Shown here: positions 1 to 7,784 of the stretch, piece after piece | Position numbering within the stretch: position 1 is the first letter of the stretch | Layout: every line of letters begins with the position of its first letter | NCBI RefSeq assembly: GCF_000092105.1 | Contig: NC_014148.1 | Span: forward strand, 4,470,001 to 4,502,000 | Origin: Planctopirus limnophila DSM 3776 | GTDB lineage: Bacteria > Planctomycetota > Planctomycetia > Planctomycetales > Planctomycetaceae | Reading direction: 5' to 3' | DNA length: 32,000 nucleotides | Program-made: the position numbers and the translations under genes | Notes under the pieces: model-generated | Told to the model about the DNA's origin: nothing | What the model saw: the letters and a program-made list of their open reading frames with translations, nothing else | The model's database searches: none

Positions 1-2699
1 CGGAAACAGACGTCTATAGTCTGGGGGCTACCTTATATCATCTTCTGACAGGCCAGTCGCCATTCGATGGTAAGATCCATGAAGTGATCGATAAGGTTCA
101 GAAAGGGGAGCTTGTTCATCCCCGAGATATCGCCTCGAGCGTTCCTCCCGCCCTGGCTGCTATTTGCCTGAAAGCGATGGCTCACAATCCTCAGCAACGC
201 TATAGCTCTCCGCAGCAGATTGCAGATGACATTGAACGATGGCTCGCTGATGAGCCAGTCAGTGCCTATTCGGACACCTGGTCCGATCAGTTATCGCGTC
301 TTGAAAGAAAGCATCGTGCATGGTTCCGGGCTGGACTGGTTTCTGCTTCCTTAATTGCAATTCTGGCTCTGATTTCCACCCTGTGGATCAACGCTGAGCG
401 TAAACGAACCGACAAGTACGCCAGGTCAGAAGAGCTTGCCAAGAACAACGCCCTCAATGCGAAGAAAACTGCCGAAGAGAAAGAGCTCGAGTCTCGCCGT
501 CGTCTTTATATCGGCAACATGAACTTCGCTCGCCATGCCTGGGAAGAAGCCAGACTATTTCAGCTGACACAAATTCTGGAAAAGACTGCCCCCGGAACAT
601 ATGCTGATCAATGTCGTGATTTTGAATGGTACTATTGGGATCGCAAGGCAAAGGAAGAGCTCAAGACTCTGCAGGGGCATGCCTCTGGAGTGCATAGTGT
701 TACGTTCAGTCCTGACGGAAAACAACTCGCTACAGCAGGTGGTGATTCAACGGCCAGGGTATGGAATGTCTCGACTGGGCAGGAAATCGTGACTTTGCAA
801 GGTCATACTTCCTACCTACAGACGGTCGCTTATAGTCAGGATGGAAGCCTTCTGGCTACTGCCGGCGGCGATAAGACCATTAAACTCTGGAATCCATCAA
901 CCGGGCAGCTAATTCGAACACTTATCGGGCACTCGAATGAAGTATCGCAAGTGGCATTCAGCCAGGATGGAATGCGGCTTGCCTCTTCGAGTAGAGACAT
1001 ACTGTCTTTCCCGAATAAAGACATCACAGTGAAAATCTGGAATGTCCTTACAGGAAATGAAATTATTACCCTTTCAGGGTACACAGATGGGGTACTTGAT
1101 ATTGAGTTCAGTCCCGATGACAGGATCATTGCCGCAGCAGGTGGTGACGGTCAAATAACTCTCTGGAATGCAACCACTTATGAAAAGATAACAAGTTTCA
1201 AATGTCATCCCTACGCAATATTTGATATCGCATTTAGCCCCGATGGAGCACAAATTGCTTCAGCCAGCGCGGATCGCACTATTAAAATCTGGAACACAAA
1301 GACGTATGAAGAAGTCAAGACGTTCCAGGGACATCTGGGCGCTGTCTCCGATGTTGTCTTCACCCCAAACGGTCACCAGATTGTTTCTGGGAGTGTGGAC
1401 AGAACCATTAAAGTCTGGGATGTAGTGACAGGGAGCGAATTAGTTTCTTTTGCTAGTGCTTCCAATGCACCGATGGGTGGTGCGACTCTCGGAGTCGCAG
1501 TTAGCCCTGATGGATCCAGAATCGCATCAGCAGGCGATGACGGAACCGTCAAGCTTTGGGATGCATCGCTGACTTTCAATTCCATTGTCGGTAAAGGGCA
1601 TACTCAATCAGTCAATTGTGTCGCATGCAGTCCTGATAACAGCCGAATTGTTACCGGCGGCCAGGATGAACTGGTAAAGATCTGGGATGCTTCTACCGGC
1701 ATTGAACTTGCGACGCTTAAAGGGTACCCAGGGTCTGTTCGGGCTGTGGCATTCAGTCCTGATGGATCCATGATTGCTGCTGCGGGAATGGATACTCGCA
1801 GAAATCCAGTCCGTCGCGACCATTCCATCAAGATCTGGAATTCAACCACCTATCAGGAGATCGCTACACTGAGTGGTCATGAGCGATTTATAGATGATAT
1901 TTCTTTCAGTCCCGATAGTCAGAGAATTGCATCAGCATCGAATGACATGACGGCGAGAGTGTGGGATGTTGCAAAGGCGAAGCAGATTTGTCTGTTCAAA
2001 GGACACAATAAACTCGTCATGTCTGTCGCATTCAGCCCCGATGGGAACAGGGTTGCTTCTGGAGGTGATGACAAAACTGCGAGACTATGGGATGCGCGTA
2101 CCGGTCAAGAATTGATGACATTTAATGGGCATGAAGCAGTCGTCTCTGCTTTACAGTTTAGTAAAGATGGCACCTTGCTCGCGACTGGAAGTTGGGACAG
2201 TACCATTAAGCTTTGGGATCCGATCTCTGGTCAAGAATTGAAAACACTTACGGGTCATGCGGGATTTATTAATAGTCTCGAATTTAACCCCGTTGGTACT
2301 CGTCTTGCTGCAGCGTCCACAGATGGAACAATCAAACTCTGGGATATTTCGACAGGCGAGGAGACACTGCTACTCAAAAAATTCCATCAGAAGGCCACCT
2401 CTCCAAAGTTTGTCAATGAGGTCGCTTTCAGCCCTGACGGCACACGACTTTTCTCGGCGCATATGGACAATTCGCTAGTCATCTGGGATGCAAGACCATG
2501 GACAGATGAATTGCGATTGCAGCAACAAGCCATGTGCCTGCTGAATTCGGTATTTCAGCCAAAGAGCACTCGCGAGAAAGTATTTCATGCGATTGAATCA
2601 AATCAGACCTTTATTGAGCCAGTAAAACAACTGGCATTGAAAATGGCCTCTTCTCTGCCGCTTGGATCTCTTCAAAAGGCTTCAGAAGCACGCAAGTGA
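1..2699 (+). CDS. Ser/Thr protein kinase, C-terminal part (5' end outside window): end of kinase domain, one TM helix, coiled linker, ~14 WD40 repeats
   Basis: Frame 3 is open from nt 3 (ETDVYSLGATLYHLLTGQSPF, a kinase subdomain IX-like motif), so the listed GTG at 84 is internal. TM segment WFRAGLVSASLIAILALISTLWI. Reiterated GH...V..VAFSPDG..LA..G.D.T(I/A)K(L/I)W(D/N) units. Stop at 2697-2699. Confidence 0.9.
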   Translation, partial: ETDVYSLGATLYHLLTGQSPFDGKIHEVIDKVQKGELVHPRDIASSVPPALAAICLKAMAHNPQQRYSSPQQIADDIERWLADEPVSAYSDTWSDQLSRLERKHRAWFRAGLVSASLIAILALISTLWINAERKRTDKYARSEELAKNNALNAKKTAEEKELESRRRLYIGNMNFARHAWEEARLFQLTQILEKTAPGTYADQCRDFEWYYWDRKAKEELKTLQGHASGVHSVTFSPDGKQLATAGGDSTARVWNVSTGQEIVTLQGHTSYLQTVAYSQDGSLLATAGGDKTIKLWNPSTGQLIRTLIGHSNEVSQVAFSQDGMRLASSSRDILSFPNKDITVKIWNVLTGNEIITLSGYTDGVLDIEFSPDDRIIAAAGGDGQITLWNATTYEKITSFKCHPYAIFDIAFSPDGAQIASASADRTIKIWNTKTYEEVKTFQGHLGAVSDVVFTPNGHQIVSGSVDRTIKVWDVVTGSELVSFASASNAPMGGATLGVAVSPDGSRIASAGDDGTVKLWDASLTFNSIVGKGHTQSVNCVACSPDNSRIVTGGQDELVKIWDASTGIELATLKGYPGSVRAVAFSPDGSMIAAAGMDTRRNPVRRDHSIKIWNSTTYQEIATLSGHERFIDDISFSPDSQRIASASNDMTARVWDVAKAKQICLFKGHNKLVMSVAFSPDGNRVASGGDDKTARLWDARTGQELMTFNGHEAVVSALQFSKDGTLLATGSWDSTIKLWDPISGQELKTLTGHAGFINSLEFNPVGTRLAAASTDGTIKLWDISTGEETLLLKKFHQKATSPKFVNEVAFSPDGTRLFSAHMDNSLVIWDARPWTDELRLQQQAMCLLNSVFQPKSTREKVFHAIESNQTFIEPVKQLALKMASSLPLGSLQKASEARK

Positions 2700-2754
2700 A
2701 GCCATTGACGCTGGCAACAGGTCTGCTCATCACCTTAAGAACCCGTGACATCGC

Positions 2755-4899
2755 TTATTCCCACATGCGGCCGATTTTTTTGCGGACATCGGCGGTTGTC
2801 AGTCCGTTGGCGATGTGGGTTTGACTTGCAGGCTCTTGAATGCGGGGTGTGACGACTTGCCAGGCTGTCAGAATGTCATCCGGCAGGAAGCGGGTGCGCT
2901 GGGAGTAGCTGTGGCGGTCTGACTGATTCTTGCCGTGAAAGTAATATCGCTGTGGATGATAAACCTGCAGATGCGTTTTCGCGCGCGTGAGAGCGACGTA
3001 AAACAGGCGGCGCTCTTCTTCGATTTCGCGCGGGTTGCGTGTCGCCATATCGGCCGGGATGTTTCCGTCAGCCGCATGCAGAACATAGACGGCATCCCAT
3101 TCAAGACCTTTCGCAGAATGAATCGTTGAGAGTGTGATCCAGTCTTCATCGAGCAGTGGGTCTTGAGCAAAATCCTGCGTGGAAGTGGGTGGGTCGAGAG
3201 TCAGTTCTGCGAGAAATTGACTGCGGGATTCATACCGGGCGGCAATGATTTCGAGTTGTTCAAGATCGCGCAGGCGAGCGGGTGCGTGATCGTACTTCTG
3301 TTCTAACAGGGGAGCGAGAAACTGGCGAACCTGCGCGAGTTGCAGGGGAAGAGGAGTTGTGGTTTGACCACCTTTGACCAACGTCCGTAACAGAGCCACA
3401 AAGACCGGCCAATGAATTTTCGTCGCTGCGGCTGGGGTATGTTCGCGCCAGGGTTCAAAGGCAGAACTCCCTGATCCCAGGCGTTCTGTCAGTTGACGGG
3501 CCGTTTTAGGGCCAATCCCGGGCAGCAGCAATAACACACGCAGTGCGGAGACAATGTCTCGCGGATTTTCGGCCAGCCTCAGCATGGCCATGGCATCTTT
3601 CACATGAGCTGCTTCGACGAACTTCAGCCCGCCAAACTTGATGAAGGGAATATTTCGGCGAGAGAGTTCAATTTCGAGAGTGGCGCTGTGATGCGAAGCA
3701 CGAAAAAGGACGGCCTGTCCTTTGAGGGAAACCCCCATTTCTCGCAGTTCCAGAATGCGCTCGGCGACCAGTGTGCTCTGCTCATTGTCGTCGCGGCAAT
3801 TGACGAGTAGCGGCTTCCCTTGTGGTGGACGGTTGGTCCATAGTTGCTTTTTGCGGCCTTCGGTCGCCAGTGACATCACGAGATTACTGGCTGCGAGAAT
3901 CTCGGGAGAACTGCGATAATTTTGTGAGAGCGTAAGGACGTTGGTGCCGGGATATTCCTGATCGAACCGGAGAATGTTCTCAATCGTGGCGGCTCGAAAC
4001 GAATAGATCGACTGGGCGTCATCTCCGACGACCGTCAGACCCTGACCATCGGGACGAAGTGCCCGTACAATTTCGCCCTGCAGGGCATTGGTGTCCTGAT
4101 ATTCATCGACAAGGACAGCTTTGTACCGCTGTCTTAAAAGTGGGACAGCAGGGCTATCCTGCAGGAGTGCCAGCCAGAAAAGAAGGAGATCGTCGTAATC
4201 GAGGATCCGCTGCTCTTCCTTTCGCTGGGTGAATAATTGAAACAAGGCTTTAAGCCCGGCCTCATGCTCGGCACACCACGGGAAAGTCTCTTTCAGAACG
4301 AGGCTTAAGGGCTGACGGGTATTAACACAGCGGGAATAGATTTCGACACAGGTGCCTTTGAGAGGAAACCGCTTTTCCTGGCGTGTGATGTCGAGTTCTG
4401 AGCGAAGCTGGTTCATCAGATCTTCGGCGTCACTGCGATCGAGAATCGTGAAGTCGGCGTCGAGTCCGAGATACTGACCGAATTCACGCAGATGTCTGGT
4501 GGCAATGGCATGGAACGTCCCACCGACGACATGGCGACCATGAATGCGTGCAATGCCCGGCGACTTTGCAGCCACCGCGAGAAGTTGCTCGACCCGGCGG
4601 ATCATTTCAGCAGCCGCTCGACGAGTGAAAGTCAGCAGCAGGATTTCGCCAGGGTCGATCCCTGTAGCGATCAAATGAGCGACCCGATGGACGAGAGTTG
4701 TGGTTTTGCCTGTCCCGGCACCGGCAATAATGAGCAGTGGAGCCGGCCCAGCCTGAGCAGCGGCCCGTTGCTCGGGATTGAGATCCTGCTGCCAACGGGA
4801 AAGATCTGCTAAAGGAACTGATGGAGGGCTGGCTGTCTGTGGGGAATCGGTTGTCATCCGTGAACTCGTGATCGTGACTGTGGGCCTGAATCGATGCAC
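2755..4899 (-). CDS. UvrD/PcrA/Rep-family ATP-dependent DNA helicase
   Basis: Walker A AGAGTGKTTTL, motif II VDEYQDTN, VGDDAQSIY, SQNYRSS, 2B-domain GIG/HhH-like LPGIGPKTARQL, TIHSAKGLEWD and VALTRAK. Start is GTG at 4899 or the first ATG at 4857. Confidence 0.9.
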   Translation of the reverse strand: MHRFRPTVTITSSRMTTDSPQTASPPSVPLADLSRWQQDLNPEQRAAAQAGPAPLLIIAGAGTGKTTTLVHRVAHLIATGIDPGEILLLTFTRRAAAEMIRRVEQLLAVAAKSPGIARIHGRHVVGGTFHAIATRHLREFGQYLGLDADFTILDRSDAEDLMNQLRSELDITRQEKRFPLKGTCVEIYSRCVNTRQPLSLVLKETFPWCAEHEAGLKALFQLFTQRKEEQRILDYDDLLLFWLALLQDSPAVPLLRQRYKAVLVDEYQDTNALQGEIVRALRPDGQGLTVVGDDAQSIYSFRAATIENILRFDQEYPGTNVLTLSQNYRSSPEILAASNLVMSLATEGRKKQLWTNRPPQGKPLLVNCRDDNEQSTLVAERILELREMGVSLKGQAVLFRASHHSATLEIELSRRNIPFIKFGGLKFVEAAHVKDAMAMLRLAENPRDIVSALRVLLLLPGIGPKTARQLTERLGSGSSAFEPWREHTPAAATKIHWPVFVALLRTLVKGGQTTTPLPLQLAQVRQFLAPLLEQKYDHAPARLRDLEQLEIIAARYESRSQFLAELTLDPPTSTQDFAQDPLLDEDWITLSTIHSAKGLEWDAVYVLHAADGNIPADMATRNPREIEEERRLFYVALTRAKTHLQVYHPQRYYFHGKNQSDRHSYSQRTRFLPDDILTAWQVVTPRIQEPASQTHIANGLTTADVRKKIGRMWE

Positions 4900-4939
4900 T
4901 CAATCCGTCAAGAGTGATCAAACCTGTCTGGGCAATACC

Positions 4940-5380
4940 TTATGGAGCATCGTTTGAAGTGCCGGCAAAATTCACAGCGGGAAGTCGATCGAGATACGAA
5001 GGGGGAATCTCAATGGCTTTTAAGGCCCCTTCCTGCATCGTACAGCAGACCGTGGTCATTTCGCCGCTGGCCAGGATTTTGCCATCTCGCGAGAAAACGT
5101 AACTCATGGTGAGCGAGCGCGTCGTCTGCCGGATAATGGTCACATCGATGGTGATGACTTCTTCATACCGGGCCGGCGCCCGGTAATCGCATTGGCAAGC
5201 CACTCGCGGCCAGCCGATCTCGATCCCTTCGGCCGTCTTTCCTGAAATCTTCAGCCCTAACGAGCGAAAGAATTCGTGCTCGGCCTGCTCCATGTACCGG
5301 AAGAAATTGGAGAAGTGGACAATTCCGGCCATATCGGTTTCATAGAACTCCACTCGGCGCTGGGTCGAGAAATGCGGCAT
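4940..5380 (-). CDS. Acyl-CoA thioesterase, 4HBT/YbgC hotdog family
   Basis: RRVEFYETDMAGIVHFSNFFRYMEQAEHEFFRSLG signature. The listed ORF to 5590 uses a non-ATG start and runs into the palindrome. ATG at 5378-5380 gives a typical 146-aa protein. Confidence 0.8.
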   Translation of the reverse strand: MPHFSTQRRVEFYETDMAGIVHFSNFFRYMEQAEHEFFRSLGLKISGKTAEGIEIGWPRVACQCDYRAPARYEEVITIDVTIIRQTTRSLTMSYVFSRDGKILASGEMTTVCCTMQEGALKAIEIPPSYLDRLPAVNFAGTSNDAP

Positions 5381-5471
5381 GGACAGTTTCTGCCTTAAGG
5401 ATCGGGAATAGTGGAATGACGATCGATGATGCAAAAGTTTCATCGAGTCGATGACCTGCAATACTGCTCTC

Positions 5472-5621
5472 ATACGGATTCCAATATTCAACGGCGCTCC
5501 TTGGTATGGGGTGGCTGGGGTTGAGTCTTCGAACCCCCAGCGATTTTCGGAACGAACTGGGGGTTCGCGAAGACGCTCAACCCCAGCCACCCGCCCCGCA
5601 GTTGTTGATTGGAATCCGTAT
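5472..5621. repeat. 150-nt near-perfect palindrome (long imperfect hairpin/cruciform) in a divergent intergenic region
   Basis: Arms 5472-5540 and 5557-5621. Paired blocks: ATACGGATTCCAAT (14 bp), GGGTGGCTGGGGTTGAG (17 bp), TCTTCG (6 bp), AACCCCCAG (9 bp). Apical loop is 5541-5556. The right arm has two CG bulges. Confidence 0.85.
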
Positions 5622-5850
5622 CAAAAGAGATTTTGCGAAGTCTGTTGGACTTTTGCGAATGATCGGAGCTGTCACTCATGGTTCAAAGACATGAATGCTC
5701 TGTTTGAAGAGTGAAAAATGTGGTGGAGCGGAACAACCAGCGGCCGGACGTTACAATGGAATTCTGCAGGCAGAATACGGGCTGTTTTCCGTGCGAACTG
5801 ATGGACCGTGATGGGTTGGATGACGTTAGTTTTGAACAGGGTGCCGTCGA

Positions 5851-6291
5851 ATGAGTCGATCAGCGAGTGATCTATTTGCCCAGAGAATTCTTGGTGAGAT
5901 TGACCGGTTGATTCAGTTGGCGGAATCGCAGACGCGCCCGCTGGAAGTGGATCCTTACCATCGCGAATTGTTTCAGCTTTTCAAGTTGTCTTACGAAGCG
6001 GGTTTGACCAGTGGAGAGGCAACGCCCGATTTGTCGGCTGACGGAATCTGTCAGCAACTGGCGGCCATGTGGGGTTTGACATCGGCAGCGCAGACCTGGC
6101 TGACACAGGCAGCTCAGCTCCCTATGGCTCAACTGACAAGAATGCGCAGCCTGTGGTCTGTCATGCGGATGTGGATGGAGTGGGATTTCGCCTTGTCGAA
6201 CATTCATCGGGATCTTTCGGCTGAGAACGCTGCTCCGGCAGAGGCCTCGGTATCCGGCGAGCCGGAGTCTGCTGCAGATCCTGTTTCGTGA
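5851..6291 (+). CDS. Hypothetical protein (146 aa, acidic C-terminal tail)
   Basis: ATG-initiated ORF lying 82 nt upstream of the next co-oriented ORF. No family recognised. Confidence 0.55.
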   Translation: MSRSASDLFAQRILGEIDRLIQLAESQTRPLEVDPYHRELFQLFKLSYEAGLTSGEATPDLSADGICQQLAAMWGLTSAAQTWLTQAAQLPMAQLTRMRSLWSVMRMWMEWDFALSNIHRDLSAENAAPAEASVSGEPESAADPVS

Positions 6292-6373
6292 ATCAAGTGA
6301 TTGCGATGATTGTGTTGAAGATCGCCAATCTGATGGATGTCTGATTTCTGGACTGAATGGAACTGGTGCCAAG

Positions 6374-7303
6374 ATGCCTGCCCTGCTGGCTCGGGAAGAA
6401 TATATCGAGCAGGCTTACTTCTTTCGGACGTTCCGCGAGCGGCTGAAAGAGGATTTGCCCACACAGGAGATTCTCCAGGCGCTGCAGGACGAACTGCTCG
6501 CTTCGACCAGGCTGCCCATGGCGGTCAATCATCTGCGAACCGAGTTATTGCACAGTGGTGTGATCTTCACCGGGATGAGGCAACTGGGCCATTATTTTAC
6601 GTCCTTCCAGGCGTTTGTGATGGAGCAGGCCGAGCAGGAAGGGAGTCGGTTTGATCATTGGCTGGCACTCGAAATTCTCGAACGTGAAGCCGACTATAAA
6701 TCGAAAGAGTCGCTGGCTTCGGGATTGTTTGTGTTTCAGTTTGAATCGTTGGCACGCAATCGGCTGGGGTATGATCGCGGCCTCGATGCGATCGCTGGTG
6801 ATCCGATTTATAACGAAGCATGGAAGATCTGGATCAAGCGTTTAAGAGCGCTCCTGGGAACTGTCGATTTCGCGGACCTGCTGTATCATCGGTCGGAACT
6901 GGCAGCTAAGAATCGCGAGAAACAAGCGGCCCAGAAGGCCTCGATCCAACAGCTTTCGCAGCCTGAGGAAAGTGGGAATGAGGCTGCCGAGGTGAATTCG
7001 ACGACCAGTCGGGCACCTCAAGGAGAAGAAATTCTCTTCAGCGATGCGGCTGGGCGAATTGCCAAAGCGAATCATGGCAAGGATCCGCTCTATCTGTTCG
7101 CGGCACTGCAAAGGCAACTGGGATATCCGGCAGTTCCCAGGCCGCAACGTGCTCTCAAGTTGGCCCAGACACATCCTGAGTTGGAGATGCGGCTTTCGCG
7201 GCTGGAACAGCGGTTGCATCTGATGGAAGCGGAGCAAGCGGGGAAACTGGATCTCAAGGAATTTCTCATGAAGCCACCCTCCTTTGGAGACGATCTCGCT
7301 TAG
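6374..7303 (+). CDS. Hypothetical protein (309 aa)
   Basis: Long ATG ORF with composition like its neighbours. No motif recognised. Confidence 0.7.
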   Translation: MPALLAREEYIEQAYFFRTFRERLKEDLPTQEILQALQDELLASTRLPMAVNHLRTELLHSGVIFTGMRQLGHYFTSFQAFVMEQAEQEGSRFDHWLALEILEREADYKSKESLASGLFVFQFESLARNRLGYDRGLDAIAGDPIYNEAWKIWIKRLRALLGTVDFADLLYHRSELAAKNREKQAAQKASIQQLSQPEESGNEAAEVNSTTSRAPQGEEILFSDAAGRIAKANHGKDPLYLFAALQRQLGYPAVPRPQRALKLAQTHPELEMRLSRLEQRLHLMEAEQAGKLDLKEFLMKPPSFGDDLA

Positions 7304-7360
7304 GATTTGCACGTAGAGTCCATCAGTCCTGACAGGATGAAGCCAAGACATTGTGGGAGG

Positions 7361-7655
7361 CATGCTTGCTCAGAGCCGCTGTCTTTTTCACATAACGTCA
7401 CCCAAGGGTGGCACGACCCTGGAGCCCCAAAAATCCAAACAGTGCGAAAGGGCGTGGTCTTCGTGCCCTTCAACGTTACATTTAATGTAACACTGCATAG
7501 GAGGGAGTCGGATGTCTTCATCCGCCCCCAGTAACAATGCGTTGCCAGCACGAATGCATCCGCGATATGTTTTCCTGACTTGAGAGCATGTTTGTCATTA
7601 ACAATCAGAGTCCAATGACCTGGGGGTCGGACAAGGACGTTTGATTCCAGCCTCC
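7361..7655 (-). repeat. Modular intergenic repeat, copy A (inverted relative to copies B and C)
   Basis: The reverse complement aligns by hand to 27425-27611 and 30925-31216. Shared blocks: GGGGGCGGATGAAGACAT, ACCACGCCCTT, CTGTTTGGATTTTTGGGGCTCCAGGGTCGTGCCAC, CAAGCATG, TCAAACGTCCT, ATTGGACTCT. Confidence 0.85.
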
Positions 7656-7708
7656 GAGTCGTGGGAGGCATGCTTGCTTGGTATTAACTTAAGACAGAGC
7701 CGCAAGCA

Positions 7709-7756
7709 TGGCACTGAAAGAGCTTGGCACTGAGCAGGCATGGCACTGATCACGGG
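7709..7756 (+). repeat. Three tandem 16-nt units each starting TGGCACTGA, 29 nt upstream of the ribD ATG
   Basis: Units: tggcactgaaagagct / tggcactgagcaggca / tggcactgatcacggg, starting at 7709, 7725 and 7741. Confidence 0.8.
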
Positions 7757-7784
7757 CAACCAATAACGGGGCCAAAGGAAGAAC

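Noticed and set aside
454-2478. Multiple 60-100-aa ORFs on both strands inside the WD40 gene
   Set aside because: All are nested in or antisense to the long WD40 reading frame, and none has an independent motif or start context.
1-4899. Kinase plus UvrD-like helicase as a defence system (for example Gabija-like)
   Set aside because: The genes are convergent, not an operon. No GajA-type ATPase/TOPRIM nuclease or other partner is present. The helicase has full canonical UvrD motifs, including the 2B GIG motif, so it looks like housekeeping repair.
5520-5570. tRNA-like T-arm resemblance (TTCGAACCCCC)
   Set aside because: No acceptor, D or anticodon arms can be drawn. The motif is simply part of the 11-bp apical stem of the long palindrome.
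4940-5590. Long 216-aa form of the thioesterase ORF
   Set aside because: The extra 70 N-terminal residues come from a non-ATG start and run through the palindrome. The hotdog domain begins right after the ATG at 5380.
7300-7671. ORFs of 123 aa (minus strand) and 75 aa (plus strand, 7307-7534) crossing repeat copy A
   Set aside because: The matching stretches in copies B and C fall in different frames or hit stops: MKTSDPCHPAV* in C and MKTFNPKRPALT* in B. The WHDPGAPKI similarity to copy C follows from nucleotide identity, and the frame is broken by a 14-nt indel in B. These are therefore treated as non-coding.
7560-7784. FMN (RFN) riboswitch expected upstream of ribD
   Set aside because: I could not find the conserved RFN core segments by eye. 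Only repeat-derived sequence and the TGGCACTGA array are present. A covariance-model search is needed for certainty.
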